64,000 nt of DNA from NCBI GenBank assembly GCA_965226205.1, contig CBDDCJ010000026.1, positions 131,321 to 195,320 of the forward strand, given 5' to 3'. Of this stretch, positions 1 through 9,701 are shown in pieces. Under the pieces are notes generated by a model, which did not search any database, was not told the DNA's origin, and saw only the letters and a program-made list of their open reading frames with translations. Position 1 is the first letter of the stretch, and every line of letters starts with the position of its first letter. The position numbers and the translations under genes were made by a program. Source of the DNA: Opitutales bacterium. Its GTDB lineage: Bacteria > Verrucomicrobiota > Verrucomicrobiia > Opitutales > UBA2987.

Positions 1-132
1 GGCTTTCTCGCGGACCTGAAACCGTTTCCCTATCCCGCAGACACTTAAGCGGTTGTTGACGTCACCGGGGAGATGGGAATACATTCATTTACCTGAAAAT
101 AGACCCAGTGAAAATGTAATCAAGGACTATCA

Positions 133-1080
133 ATGAAAAGAATCCTCCGTATTTGCCTGTTTTTTCTACCTATGTCCCTGTCTCCGTGCGTGGGCGCGGA
201 AACCGGTTCATCCGATTATCCAAAGGCTCAAATCGCTGTTTTGGGCGGCACTTTTCTCAATGACGCCATGTTCGACTCGGGTTATTTAATGGAAAGTTTC
301 ACCATCGGGACCAGAGCCGGAACTTCTCCCGAAATTCATTATGGCGAGGTCGAGGGGACGCCATTTTATTACATCCACGGGCATGGCGGCGGCAAATGGC
401 TGGAAACCTTCGCCGCTCTCTACGAGTTGGGAGTAAAAGAGCTTATCGGCGGCGCCACGGCCGGCTCCCTAAATCCCCTGCTCAACGATTTCGACCTCAT
501 CCTGCCGGACGACATCATTGATTTTAACACCACCCGGAAACCCTATATCGTCCCCCAGGCAATGGGCCCGGATGCGCGCGTGACGGCCCGTATGAATCCG
601 GCCACCGATCCGCTTTTGAGGCAGATTTTGCTCGAAGAAGGCCGGCGTGTGCTGCGTTCCAGAGAGGATTTAATCGACGTCAACATTCTGGACGGGGGCA
701 CTCTGGTACAAGCCCGCGGGGGGCGTTTTGAAAGTCCCGCCGAGATACGGTTATTCAAAAACTCCGGGGGTGACCTCGTAACCATGAACAATGGCACGGA
801 AATGTCCTATGCCCGGCAACTGGGCATCCATTACGCGTGTATGAACCTTATTTCGAACCCGGCTGAGGGCCTTGGGGATTGGGAGTGGTCTGGCCTGGCG
901 CGCATCTACCAACGCATGAACCCCGTCTGCCTGGAAATCGTGACCGCCGCCATTCCGCGCATCGCCGCCATCGAGGAGGGAACCCCCAGAGTGATGGATA
1001 AACTTCTGCGCATGAAACAGAATTTCACCTACAAAAAGAACCCCGAGGAAGCCGAAGTGCGGCCCTTTGCGGTGGAGTAG
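133..1080 (+). CDS. MTAP/PNP-family nucleoside phosphorylase with apparent signal peptide
   Basis: Family motifs GGT, AGSL, GRFESPAEIR, GGDLVTM, ARQLGIHYA and ISNPAEG; N-terminus MKRILRICLFFLPMSLSPCVGA looks like a Sec signal. Confidence 0.8.
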   Translation: MKRILRICLFFLPMSLSPCVGAETGSSDYPKAQIAVLGGTFLNDAMFDSGYLMESFTIGTRAGTSPEIHYGEVEGTPFYYIHGHGGGKWLETFAALYELGVKELIGGATAGSLNPLLNDFDLILPDDIIDFNTTRKPYIVPQAMGPDARVTARMNPATDPLLRQILLEEGRRVLRSREDLIDVNILDGGTLVQARGGRFESPAEIRLFKNSGGDLVTMNNGTEMSYARQLGIHYACMNLISNPAEGLGDWEWSGLARIYQRMNPVCLEIVTAAIPRIAAIEEGTPRVMDKLLRMKQNFTYKKNPEEAEVRPFAVE

Positions 1081-1110
1081 CCAGGAGCGCTACCGGAAGG
1101 GGTCAATACT

Positions 1111-1260
1111 GAATGGCACTAATTTAAGGTCCGAATTATCATAATCCTCCTCTTCGTCTGGGTCTTTCTCTTCCTCCATTAAATAGTTAATAAATAACAT
1201 GTTACACAAATTCATAGGAAGACGAGGAGGAAGATTTTTATGCTTAAGTTAGTGCAATTC
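1111..1260. mobile_element. 150-bp MITE-like palindromic insert
   Basis: 18-bp terminal inverted repeats (GAATGGCACTAATTTAAG vs revcomp GAATTGCACTAACTTAAG, 2 mismatches); flanked by identical GGGTCAATACT at 1100-1110 and 1261-1271. Confidence 0.7.
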
Positions 1261-1416
1261 GGGTCAATACTTGATTCGTTGATTTTGGATTTGCAACAAC
1301 TGAAATTTAGATGAATTTCGTCAAAGAGCTACCAAAAATTAATCTATGGGAAAAAATGCCCATCGAGGCCGATGGATAGTTTCTCGTTTTAGCTAAATCG
1401 CATATTTATTTTTTAC

Positions 1417-2262
1417 CTAACCAATCCGGAAAGTTATACCCTGCATCTTGCGGACTTTGACCGGTTTGCCTTGGTGGGTGCCGGGCTCGAATCTCCATTG
1501 CATAATCGCCTCTATGCCCGGCCTCTCAAATTCCAGGTGGGAGGAGGATTCCACATCCGCTTTGATGACCTTGCCGCGTTCGTCAATTATGATGATCAGC
1601 TTGATCCATCCATTGATTTTGTCGCGTTTGAGCGCGAAGGGATAAATCGGGGGAATCGCCACAATCCGCTGTGGATTATTATCGAGGTCATTCAGCTCGA
1701 ATATATCCATCTGGGCAATGGTGTCCGGAGTGACCCCGAAACCGAGAAGGGCATAGCCCACGTTGAGGGCGTCGCCGACTCCCAGGTTGAGGGCGACATC
1801 CAGTTGGCTCAGCTCCAATGGTTGCAGCTCCTTTTCCAGTTCCGGGACATCCTCCTCGGCCAGTTCCTCTTCGGGCGGGGGAGGCTCCGGCGGAGGCGCC
1901 GGAGGAGGCGGAATGGAAACACTATCCGCTACAATAGTGTTGGCGGACGCCCCTTTTCCGTTAAGCAGTTGAGTAATCGGCAAGGACAGGAAAATGAATG
2001 CAGCCAGCGCTGATGCGCTCAAATAGGAAAGGACACGGGAACCGCCTCCGCTCATGGGCGGAGCTTGGTAGGGGCGCCAATCGGGAATGGGAATGGCAGT
2101 GGAAGCCTGCTCGGGATAAACCACAGGCTCACTCGATACGCTTTCGCTGAGGGGTGGAAAGTCAGGATATTTCTCTTCTGTCTGGGTTGGGTAGGAATTA
2201 TCCATCCCCTCTATTATTGGTATTCCCCTTTTTGCTGAGGATTGAGTTAATATGTTCATCAT
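1417..2262 (-). CDS. tonB: Energy transducer TonB family protein (start uncertain, may be downstream, e.g. 2055)
   Basis: TM segment, Pro/Glu-rich linker PPPPAPPPEPPPPEEE, and C-terminal TonB domain (PPIYP...IIDERGKV...AIMQWRFEPG). Confidence 0.85.
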   Translation of the reverse strand: MMNILTQSSAKRGIPIIEGMDNSYPTQTEEKYPDFPPLSESVSSEPVVYPEQASTAIPIPDWRPYQAPPMSGGGSRVLSYLSASALAAFIFLSLPITQLLNGKGASANTIVADSVSIPPPPAPPPEPPPPEEELAEEDVPELEKELQPLELSQLDVALNLGVGDALNVGYALLGFGVTPDTIAQMDIFELNDLDNNPQRIVAIPPIYPFALKRDKINGWIKLIIIIDERGKVIKADVESSSHLEFERPGIEAIMQWRFEPGTHQGKPVKVRKMQGITFRIG

Positions 2263-2515
2263 GAGCGTTAATCAGTTCAGATTACTTAAGAATTTGTTTT
2301 TTTATCTTCTTTAGTCGGGATGTTATTTTATCCTGACAAAATTTTTCATGTTTTTCGGTAAATTCGGAAAGCTTTGGGACTGGACTAGGGACTGGATGGC
2401 GGTTGCCAAAACAACAGTTAGAAGTAAAAACAGTTTTTTTGATTCATCCCGATTTTTAGGTATTTTGGTTCATTTGGATGCGTTATGTCCTAATTCGAGA
2501 CACAGAACCCAGGAT

Positions 2516-2700
2516 TTATTTCAAGGTGTGGACAAAGCTTACCAAGCGCCGGCATTCTCCTTCCGGAATGATCAGTTTCCAGGTGATCATGGGCGCTCGA
2601 TCTTCGGATATTTTCCAGAAAATTTCATCATCTGCATGGGATTGAGCGACTTGCTGCCGGATCCGTTTCCCTTACCTTTTGTCATCGCTGAAGTTGCTTT
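2516..2700 (-). pseudogene. Possible degraded class I cytochrome c remnant
   Basis: Manual translation gives KGKGNGSGSKSLNP, then after a frameshift HADDEIFWKISEDRAPMITWKLIIPEGECRRLVSFVHTLK*; no intact CxxCH. Confidence 0.4.
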
Positions 2701-2894
2701 AGATTTTATCTATCCTGCTGTATATCAGCAGTTAAACAGATCGAAGATACTTTTTTATGAAATATCCGGACTGATTAAGAATGAATTGCCACCGAAAAAT
2801 TAAATTGTCGGGAATATAAACACTTTATTCTACATCGTAATCTATAAGCCAAAAAAGAATGAAAGGTATGGGTATAGTTATCGACAAATCCTAG

Positions 2895-3557
2895 ATGAGC
2901 AATATTATGAAAATGCAAAAGTTATCTCCATTAATTAATCGAAAAATCCTCATCTTTTCTTTGATCGTTCCCATCCTGTTTTTTACCGGTTCCAGTTATG
3001 GCGCAAGAAACGACCGGAACGGACCTAGCCATGGGGTGCAGGGCGCGACAAAAGGTGGGTTGGGAGGCGCTGTCTTGGGGGCGTTGATCGGAGCCGCCGC
3101 GGGAGACGCCGGTAAAGGCGCTGCTATCGGCGCCGTCAGCGGTCTCGTCCTGGGCGGAGCCGTGGGCCACTCTCGAGATGTGCGAGAGCGTGAAGAGGAT
3201 AGATACCAGGAACGGTTAGGTCAGGAAAGGGCCTATCAGCAGGAGGTTATCGTCATCGGTGAAAGAGAATCTCGTGAAGCAAAGCAGCGAGTTGAAAGTC
3301 TGGCCATTCAAGAAGGATACAATATCACTCCGATCGAAGTCCGTGCGGCTCAAAAACGAGCCGACGAAGCCGAAAGACGCCTGAATGAACTCCAGGCTGA
3401 GGTAGCAGAAGCCAAAACGCGGGATAATTCCCTTAAAGAAGCTATCGAGCGAGAGGACGAAGCCGAGGCAAAAATTCGAGAACTCGAGGCCCAGCTGAAA
3501 GCCTTGAAAAAAGCGAATGAGGATGACGCGGCGGAAAGTCCCGAATCCTCTAATTAA
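2895..3557 (+). CDS. Glycine-zipper (YMGG-like) exported protein with C-terminal coiled coil
   Basis: Signal-like N-terminus, GGLGGAVLGALIGAAAG...GAAIGAVSGLVLGGAVG, then a charged heptad-rich tail. Confidence 0.75.
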   Translation: MSNIMKMQKLSPLINRKILIFSLIVPILFFTGSSYGARNDRNGPSHGVQGATKGGLGGAVLGALIGAAAGDAGKGAAIGAVSGLVLGGAVGHSRDVREREEDRYQERLGQERAYQQEVIVIGERESREAKQRVESLAIQEGYNITPIEVRAAQKRADEAERRLNELQAEVAEAKTRDNSLKEAIEREDEAEAKIRELEAQLKALKKANEDDAAESPESSN

Positions 3558-3600
3558 TTGACCTGACCCTATCTCAACGGGGCAAGTGGATGCGTGTTCT

Positions 3601-4815
3601 TTATGTGGCCGGCGCCGGTGTGGAAAATGATTCAGGCAGGGTAATATCGCCCGAAGCCAGTTTCATGAGGAAGAGGGCGGTAAGCCGGATGCGTTCGGGC
3701 AGGCTGTTGAGGTAAACGTGCTCTTTTTCGCTGTGAATGTCCCCTCTGCGCACGCCGAGGGTGTCGAGGTTGGGCAATCCGGCTCCGGCCAAATTGTTGC
3801 CATCGCTGCAACCGCCCGAATCCCGCCAGTCGAGGCTCATCCCGAGGTCCCGGGCGCAGTCTTTGTAAAAACCGAAAAGCTGCTCGATTTGCGGAGTCAA
3901 TTCCTTGGGCGCGCGGTTGAATTGCCCGCTCCATTGCAAATCAAAGCCCTCCCTTTCATTGAATGGACCGAGCAATTCCGCGATGCGGCTCTCAATGATG
4001 TCGATGTCATCCCGCCGGTCGATGCGAATATTGAACTCGGTGGCGGCGTGTTCGGGAACGATATTGGCGGGCCCGCCGCCGGAAATATTTCCCACATTGA
4101 ATATAGCGCCAGGAATTTCTCCGTTCAACCCTTGAATCTTGGAAACAAAATCGCAGAGAGCGGCCACGGCATTGCGCCCAAGTGCAAAATCCCGTCCCAC
4201 ATGGGCGGACCTCCCTTTGGCAGTGACCTTGAATGTGCCAGCTCCCTTGCGCTTGCGGATTAAAGCGCCGTCCCGGAGGGAGGATTCGAAAACCAGGCCC
4301 AGATGATGGCGGCGGGCGGCATCCTGCAATATCCGGGCGCTGCCGGCAGAGCCGATCTCCTCGTCCGGCCCGATATAGACCTCCCAACCCAAATTTCCGG
4401 CAAAAGGAGCGCATTCAAATGTTTCCAGCGCCTTCAACATGACGAGGAGCCCGCCTTTCATGTCGGCAACTCCCGGTCCGTTGAGAATATTTTCATCGAT
4501 CAAGCGGCATTTCTGAAAAGTGTGCCGGGGGCCGTAAACCGTGTCCATGTGGCCGTTGAGGAATACTTGCACGGGCGCTTCCGGGCGGCAAACGAGCCGC
4601 AAACCCTTGCAAGGTGTCTGCGCCAGGGCGATTTCCTCCATCTTGCCGGGCAAGCGGGAAAACCTGGTTTTCAGCGCCTCAATCATGCGGAACAAGCCCT
4701 CGAAGTTGCGGCTTCCGGAATTGATATCGCACCAGAAGATTAGGAGGTCGCGCATGTGCGCCACTTCGGTTTCGATATCTCGTAAATAGGGCTGGAACTC
4801 GTCCATGAAAATCAA
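3601..4815 (-). CDS. M20/M25/M40 family metallo-hydrolase (glutamate carboxypeptidase-like)
   Basis: GHMDTV, GPGVADMKGG, DEEIGS, AHVGR, GGCSDGN and GDIHSEKE motifs. Confidence 0.9.
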   Translation of the reverse strand: MIFMDEFQPYLRDIETEVAHMRDLLIFWCDINSGSRNFEGLFRMIEALKTRFSRLPGKMEEIALAQTPCKGLRLVCRPEAPVQVFLNGHMDTVYGPRHTFQKCRLIDENILNGPGVADMKGGLLVMLKALETFECAPFAGNLGWEVYIGPDEEIGSAGSARILQDAARRHHLGLVFESSLRDGALIRKRKGAGTFKVTAKGRSAHVGRDFALGRNAVAALCDFVSKIQGLNGEIPGAIFNVGNISGGGPANIVPEHAATEFNIRIDRRDDIDIIESRIAELLGPFNEREGFDLQWSGQFNRAPKELTPQIEQLFGFYKDCARDLGMSLDWRDSGGCSDGNNLAGAGLPNLDTLGVRRGDIHSEKEHVYLNSLPERIRLTALFLMKLASGDITLPESFSTPAPAT

Positions 4816-4973
4816 AAATAAGTTGCCATGTTAGCAAAGGCAGGTGCGGCATTTTCAGGCAAAAATAAAGGCTTGAGAGAGTAGTGCAATTCTGTGCTTA
4901 TGTCATGCACGAATTTATTGGCATGGCGTCGACAGGCCCGGTTGTGCCATAAATACTGGCCATTGAAAGAAGA

Positions 4974-6440
4974 ATGAACCAAGGCCAACCATTCAGCGAA
5001 ACCCCGGAACAGGATGCGGAGGGCCGCCAGGCTCGTTTGTGGCAAGCCCTTCTCCCGGTTGCGGCATTGATTTTTTTTCTCGCCCTGAATATTAAACTTT
5101 ACGGTGGCGAACCGCATATTTCGCTGGTGCTGGGCACGGTGGTGGCAGCAATAGTGGGGATTTCCCTGGGTTATTCCTGGAAATCGATCGAGGAGGGCAT
5201 GGTCAACGGGATCGTTATTGCCCTCAAGGCGGTGCTCATTTTGCTCATTATTGGCATACTTATCGGCGTCTGGATAGCCAGCGGGGTGGTGCCCCTCATG
5301 ATTTACTACGGGTTGAAACTGCTCACGCCGGAGATTTTTCTCATCGCCGCCTGCCTCATCTGCTCTGTCGTGTCGCTGGCCACGGGCAGCTCCTGGACGA
5401 CCGCCGGAACAGTCGGCGTGGCCCTCATCGGTGTGGGGCAAGGGCTTGGCCTACACCTCGGCATGGTGGCCGGGGCAATTATTTCGGGCGCCTATTTCGG
5501 CGATAAAATGTCGCCCCTGTCCGACACCACCAACCTGGCCCCGGCGGTGGCCGGTTCGGAGCTTTTCGACCACATCCGCCACATGACCTACACCACGGTC
5601 CCGGGTTTGGTAATCGCCCTTGTTCTCTATGCCGTGCTGGGACTAACCGTCAGTAGCAAAGGCGAATCTTCGAGCGGTGAAATTGCCCTTATTTTGGATA
5701 CACTCGAGTCGGGTTTCAACCTCAGCCCTCTGCTGTTTCTTCCGCCGTTGCTGGTTTTCGTCATGGTCATTTACCGGATACCGGCTTTGCCCGCCTTGCT
5801 GGGGGGAGCCGCCCTGGGGGGAATCCTGGGCATGGTTTTTCAAGGCATGACCCTGGGCGGCGTCTTCTCGGTGGCCAAAGACGGCTATGCCGCCGCCACC
5901 GGAGTGAGCGATGTGGATGCCCTCCTCAGCCGCGGCGGCATGATCGGGATGATGAACACCATCGCCCTCATCCTCTGCGCCATGTCGTTTGGCGGGGTGA
6001 TGGAAAAAACCGGCATGCTCATGGTGTTGGCCAATGCCATTTTAAAAATGGCTAAAAGCACCGGTTCGCTGGTCGCCTCGACGGTGGCCACCTGCGTCGC
6101 CATGAACATAATCGCGCCCGACCAATACCTGTCCATCGTGGTGCCGGGCAGGATGTATCGCGATGCTTTTGAAAAAGCCAACCTGCACCCCAAAAACCTC
6201 TCCCGCTGCCTGGAGGACGCCGGCACCCTCACCTCGCCCCTGGTGGCCTGGAACACCTGCGGCGTTTACATGTTCGGGGCCCTCGGGGTCTCGCCCTTTG
6301 TTTACCTGCCCTTCGCCTTCCTCAACCTGACCACGCCCCTCATCTCCATCTTCTACGGCTACACCGGCTGGACCATGGCTCCCCTTGAAAGCAAATCCCG
6401 CCTCACCCCGAAAGCGGAAGCCCAGTCGGTCTTAAGCTAA
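4974..6440 (+). CDS. nhaC: Na+/H+ antiporter NhaC family
   Basis: Multi-TM; GSSWTTAGTVG, SGAYFGDKMSPLSDTT and LEDAGT motifs. Confidence 0.92.
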   Translation: MNQGQPFSETPEQDAEGRQARLWQALLPVAALIFFLALNIKLYGGEPHISLVLGTVVAAIVGISLGYSWKSIEEGMVNGIVIALKAVLILLIIGILIGVWIASGVVPLMIYYGLKLLTPEIFLIAACLICSVVSLATGSSWTTAGTVGVALIGVGQGLGLHLGMVAGAIISGAYFGDKMSPLSDTTNLAPAVAGSELFDHIRHMTYTTVPGLVIALVLYAVLGLTVSSKGESSSGEIALILDTLESGFNLSPLLFLPPLLVFVMVIYRIPALPALLGGAALGGILGMVFQGMTLGGVFSVAKDGYAAATGVSDVDALLSRGGMIGMMNTIALILCAMSFGGVMEKTGMLMVLANAILKMAKSTGSLVASTVATCVAMNIIAPDQYLSIVVPGRMYRDAFEKANLHPKNLSRCLEDAGTLTSPLVAWNTCGVYMFGALGVSPFVYLPFAFLNLTTPLISIFYGYTGWTMAPLESKSRLTPKAEAQSVLS

Positions 6441-6483
6441 GAAACCATTGACGCCGCTATCCTTCTTTCATCATAACGTAAAA

Positions 6484-6669
6484 ATGAAGAATAAATTTCA
6501 ATACGTTGGGAAACAGGAGAAGTTTGGCCGGAAAGATCCCACATGCAATCAACTGGAAAAGAATAATCGAGGGAAATACAAAATCGAGGAACTTGTCGCT
6601 AAAATCCCCAAAAATTCAAAGGTCAAAGAAATTGACTGGGGTAAGCCCGTCGGTAAGGAGGAATGGTAA
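6484..6669 (+). pseudogene. Degenerate MazE/ChpBI-type antitoxin; cognate toxin lost
   Basis: C-terminus KIEELVAKIPKNSKVKEIDWGKPVGKEEW* is MazE-like; an AbrB-like GNRRSLAGKIP lies in another frame; an ATGGTAA overlap follows at 6663. Confidence 0.65.
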
Positions 6670-6717
6670 TTGTAGTACCCGAGTCGCAAGGTGGAGGAAG
6701 AGGAAGATTAGCCCGAT

Positions 6718-7713
6718 TCATTCCTCAGCGTTGACTTCCGCGGTGCGGAGGCAGGAGACGTGGCGGCGGTTTTGGTAGTTTTCCAGTTCGGGAATGGTTT
6801 GGGCGCAGACTTCGGTGGCGAAAGCGCAGCGAGGGTGAAAGGCGCAGCCGCTTGGCGGGTTGATGGGTGAAGGGGGATCGCCCTCCAGCACGAGGCGGGT
6901 GCGGCTGCGTTCTTTGTCGGGATCGGGCACCGGGATGGCGCTGACCAACGCCTTGGTGTAGGGATGCAAAGGGTTTTCCATGACCTCGGCGGCCGCCCCC
7001 ACTTCTACCAGTTTGCCCAAATACATGACGGCGATGCGGTCGGCGATATATTTGACCACCGAGAGGTCGTGCGAGATGAAGATCATGGTCAATTTCATCT
7101 CCCGGCAGAGTTTCTGGATGAGGTTTAAAATTTGCGACTGGATGGAAACATCAAGGGCGGAAACGGGCTCGTCGGCGAGGACGAGTTTTGGCTCCGGGGC
7201 GAGGCAGCGGGCGATGGCGATACGCTGCCGTTGGCCACCGGAAAACTCATGAGGATACTTCTTCATCTGAGCGGGGGAGAGGCCCACCGTTGACATCAAT
7301 TTGGAAACTCTGGACAGCATTTCACGGCCTTTGCATTTGTGGCGCGTGTTGATGGCCTCGGCCAGCGTGTTGAAAACGGTCATGCGGGGATTGAGGGAGG
7401 CGTAGGGGTCCTGAAAAATCATCTGGAAATTGATGCGCTCGGCCCGCACCTCGGCTTTGCTCAGGCAGCAGAGATCCCGCCCTTCGAGAACAATGGTTCC
7501 CCCGGTCGCGGGAAGCAATTGCATGATGGTGCGGGCCAGCGTCGATTTTCCGCAGCCGGACTCGCCCACCAAGCCGAGGATTTCCCCCTTTTGCAGACTC
7601 AGCGAAATGCCATCAACGGCCTTGACCTGGCCGATCATTTTGCGGCGAATAACCCCCTGAATTACCGGAAAATGGGTTTTAACCGATTCTAGCGTTAGGA
7701 ATGCTTCACTCAT
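6718..7713 (-). CDS. oppF: Oligopeptide ABC transporter ATP-binding subunit
   Basis: [28 protein letters not shown] and C-terminal oligo_HPY. Confidence 0.95.
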   Translation of the reverse strand: MSEAFLTLESVKTHFPVIQGVIRRKMIGQVKAVDGISLSLQKGEILGLVGESGCGKSTLARTIMQLLPATGGTIVLEGRDLCCLSKAEVRAERINFQMIFQDPYASLNPRMTVFNTLAEAINTRHKCKGREMLSRVSKLMSTVGLSPAQMKKYPHEFSGGQRQRIAIARCLAPEPKLVLADEPVSALDVSIQSQILNLIQKLCREMKLTMIFISHDLSVVKYIADRIAVMYLGKLVEVGAAAEVMENPLHPYTKALVSAIPVPDPDKERSRTRLVLEGDPPSPINPPSGCAFHPRCAFATEVCAQTIPELENYQNRRHVSCLRTAEVNAEE

Positions 7714-7741
7714 CCGTGTTTATCCGTGTAATCCGTGGTTA
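7712..7741. repeat. Three ATCCGTG units with 9-10 bp period, overlapping the oppF start
   Basis: ATCCGTG at 7712, 7722 and 7731. Confidence 0.7.
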
Positions 7742-7756
7742 AAAAAAGAATATACA

Positions 7757-8749
7757 TCACATTTCGATGGCGGAGGGGTCTTCCCGTTGGTAGCGGAGGC
7801 AGGAGGTGCTATGGTCGGGTTGAAGGTCTTTGAGAATGGTCGGAGTGCTCGCGCAGGGGTCTTCTTTGGCCACCGGGCAGCGTTCGTAAAAGGGGCATCC
7901 CGTGAACTCGTGGGAGAGATCTGGCGGCATTCCGGGAATGGTGTAAAGCTCCCTTCCTTTCTCCTGCAGCGAGGGGATCGATTTGAGCAGCGAGAGGGTG
8001 TAAGGGTGGCGGGAACGGTAATAGATTTCGCCGGTGACGCCGGATTCGACAATCCTGCCGGCATACATGACGTTGACGCGGTCGCAGAAACCGGCCACCA
8101 CACCAAGATCGTGCGTGATGAAGATAACGGCGGTGCCGAGCTCCTTCTGGCGTTTTTTGATGAGCTCTAGGATCTGCGCCTGGACGGTCACATCGAGGGC
8201 GGTGGAGGGCTCGTCGGCAATGAGGATTTCGGGACGGGTGATGAGGGCCATGGCGATCATGACCCGCTGGCGCATGCCGCCGGAAAATTCGTGGGGGTAA
8301 AAAAGGACTCGCTTGGAGGCGTCCTGAATGCCGACTTCTTCGAGAGCCGCAATGGCCCGCTTGAGAGCCTCTTTTTTTTCCATTCCCTCGTGGATAAGCA
8401 AGGGTTCGATGAGTTGGGTGGAAACCCGCAGGTAGGGGTTGAGGGATGTCATGGGGTCCTGGAAAATCATGGAAATGCGTTTGCCCCGGATTTTGCTGAG
8501 CGTTTTCTTCGGGCAGTGAAGAAGATCGGCGCCGTCGAAAATGGCCCGCCCGCTTTCGATCCTGCCCGGCGGCGTTGGGATGAGCCCCATGATCGAATAG
8601 CAGGTCACGGATTTACCGGAGCCGGACTCCCCCACGATGCCCAATGTTTCCCCCGGCTCCAGGCTGAAGGAAATGCCGTCCACGGCCCGAACAATGCCAT
8701 TGCGGGTGTGGAAGTGGGTGGTCAGATTATCGACTTCGAGCAGAGGCAT
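7757..8749 (-). CDS. oppD: Oligopeptide ABC transporter ATP-binding subunit
   Basis: [32 protein letters not shown]. Confidence 0.95.
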   Translation of the reverse strand: MPLLEVDNLTTHFHTRNGIVRAVDGISFSLEPGETLGIVGESGSGKSVTCYSIMGLIPTPPGRIESGRAIFDGADLLHCPKKTLSKIRGKRISMIFQDPMTSLNPYLRVSTQLIEPLLIHEGMEKKEALKRAIAALEEVGIQDASKRVLFYPHEFSGGMRQRVMIAMALITRPEILIADEPSTALDVTVQAQILELIKKRQKELGTAVIFITHDLGVVAGFCDRVNVMYAGRIVESGVTGEIYYRSRHPYTLSLLKSIPSLQEKGRELYTIPGMPPDLSHEFTGCPFYERCPVAKEDPCASTPTILKDLQPDHSTSCLRYQREDPSAIEM

Positions 8750-8760
8750 TGGTCAATATA

Positions 8761-9678
8761 TCAATCTTTGGAGGAGCGGGGGTCGAGGGCGTCGCGCAGG
8801 CCGTCGCCAAGAAAGTTGAGGGAAAAGAGCGTGGCCGAGAAAAAGAGGGCCGGGGCGATCAAAAGCCAGGGAAAAACCGTCATGCTGTCGGCCCCTTCCT
8901 TGATCAGGACGCCCCAGGAACTCATGGGCGGGGGCACACCCAGGCCGAGAAAACTGAGCACCGCTTCGAGCAGCATGACGGCGGGAACGGTCAAGGTGGC
9001 ATAAACGATGACCGGCCCGAGCACGTTGGGGATAAGGTGCCTCAGAATGATTCGGGTATTGCTGTGCCCGAGGGAAATGGCGGCCTCGACGAATTCCTGT
9101 TTTTTCAGGGAGAGGACCTGTCCGCGCACGATTCGGGCCATGGTGAGCCATTCGACGGCCCCGATGGCGATAAACAATAGCACCACGCTGCGTCCAAAGA
9201 TGACCATGAGCAAAATAACGAATATGATGAACGGGAGGGCGTAAAGAATATCCACGCAGCGCATCATGAAGGCGTCCGTCTTGCCGCCCAGATACCCGGA
9301 AACGGCCCCGTAAACAACCCCGATAAGGAGGGAGACGGCGGTCGCCAGAAAACCCACCCCGAGGGATACCCGCCCGCCGTACATGATGCGGGTCAACTGG
9401 TCCCGTCCGAGCGAATCGGTCCCCAGCCAATGTTCGGCGTTGGGAGGTTGAGCATTATAGGCAAGGTCCTGCTGCTCATTCGAGTAAGGGGATGCCAGGG
9501 GGCCAACCATGCAGAAAACAGTCATTAAGATGAAAAGTATCAAACTGGCAAAGGCGAGGTGATTTTTGCGCAGCCGGTGCCAGGCATCCTTCCACAGGGA
9601 ACTGCCCTCCTCCATTTTCCCGATCGGGATAATCGGTAAATCCTGCGGGCTTAATGTTTTCATCGATTCCATGGACAT
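8761..9678 (-). CDS. oppC: Oligopeptide ABC transporter permease
   Basis: HWLGTDSLGRD, EAA-loop EFVEAAISLG, HLIPN. Confidence 0.95.
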   Translation of the reverse strand: MSMESMKTLSPQDLPIIPIGKMEEGSSLWKDAWHRLRKNHLAFASLILFILMTVFCMVGPLASPYSNEQQDLAYNAQPPNAEHWLGTDSLGRDQLTRIMYGGRVSLGVGFLATAVSLLIGVVYGAVSGYLGGKTDAFMMRCVDILYALPFIIFVILLMVIFGRSVVLLFIAIGAVEWLTMARIVRGQVLSLKKQEFVEAAISLGHSNTRIILRHLIPNVLGPVIVYATLTVPAVMLLEAVLSFLGLGVPPPMSSWGVLIKEGADSMTVFPWLLIAPALFFSATLFSLNFLGDGLRDALDPRSSKD

Positions 9679-9701
9679 GACGTGGCGGGGCGCGGCTTCT
9701 T

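Noticed and set aside
2348-2803. 151-aa + strand ORF
   Set aside because: No recognisable motifs; the opposite strand carries more protein-like relic fragments
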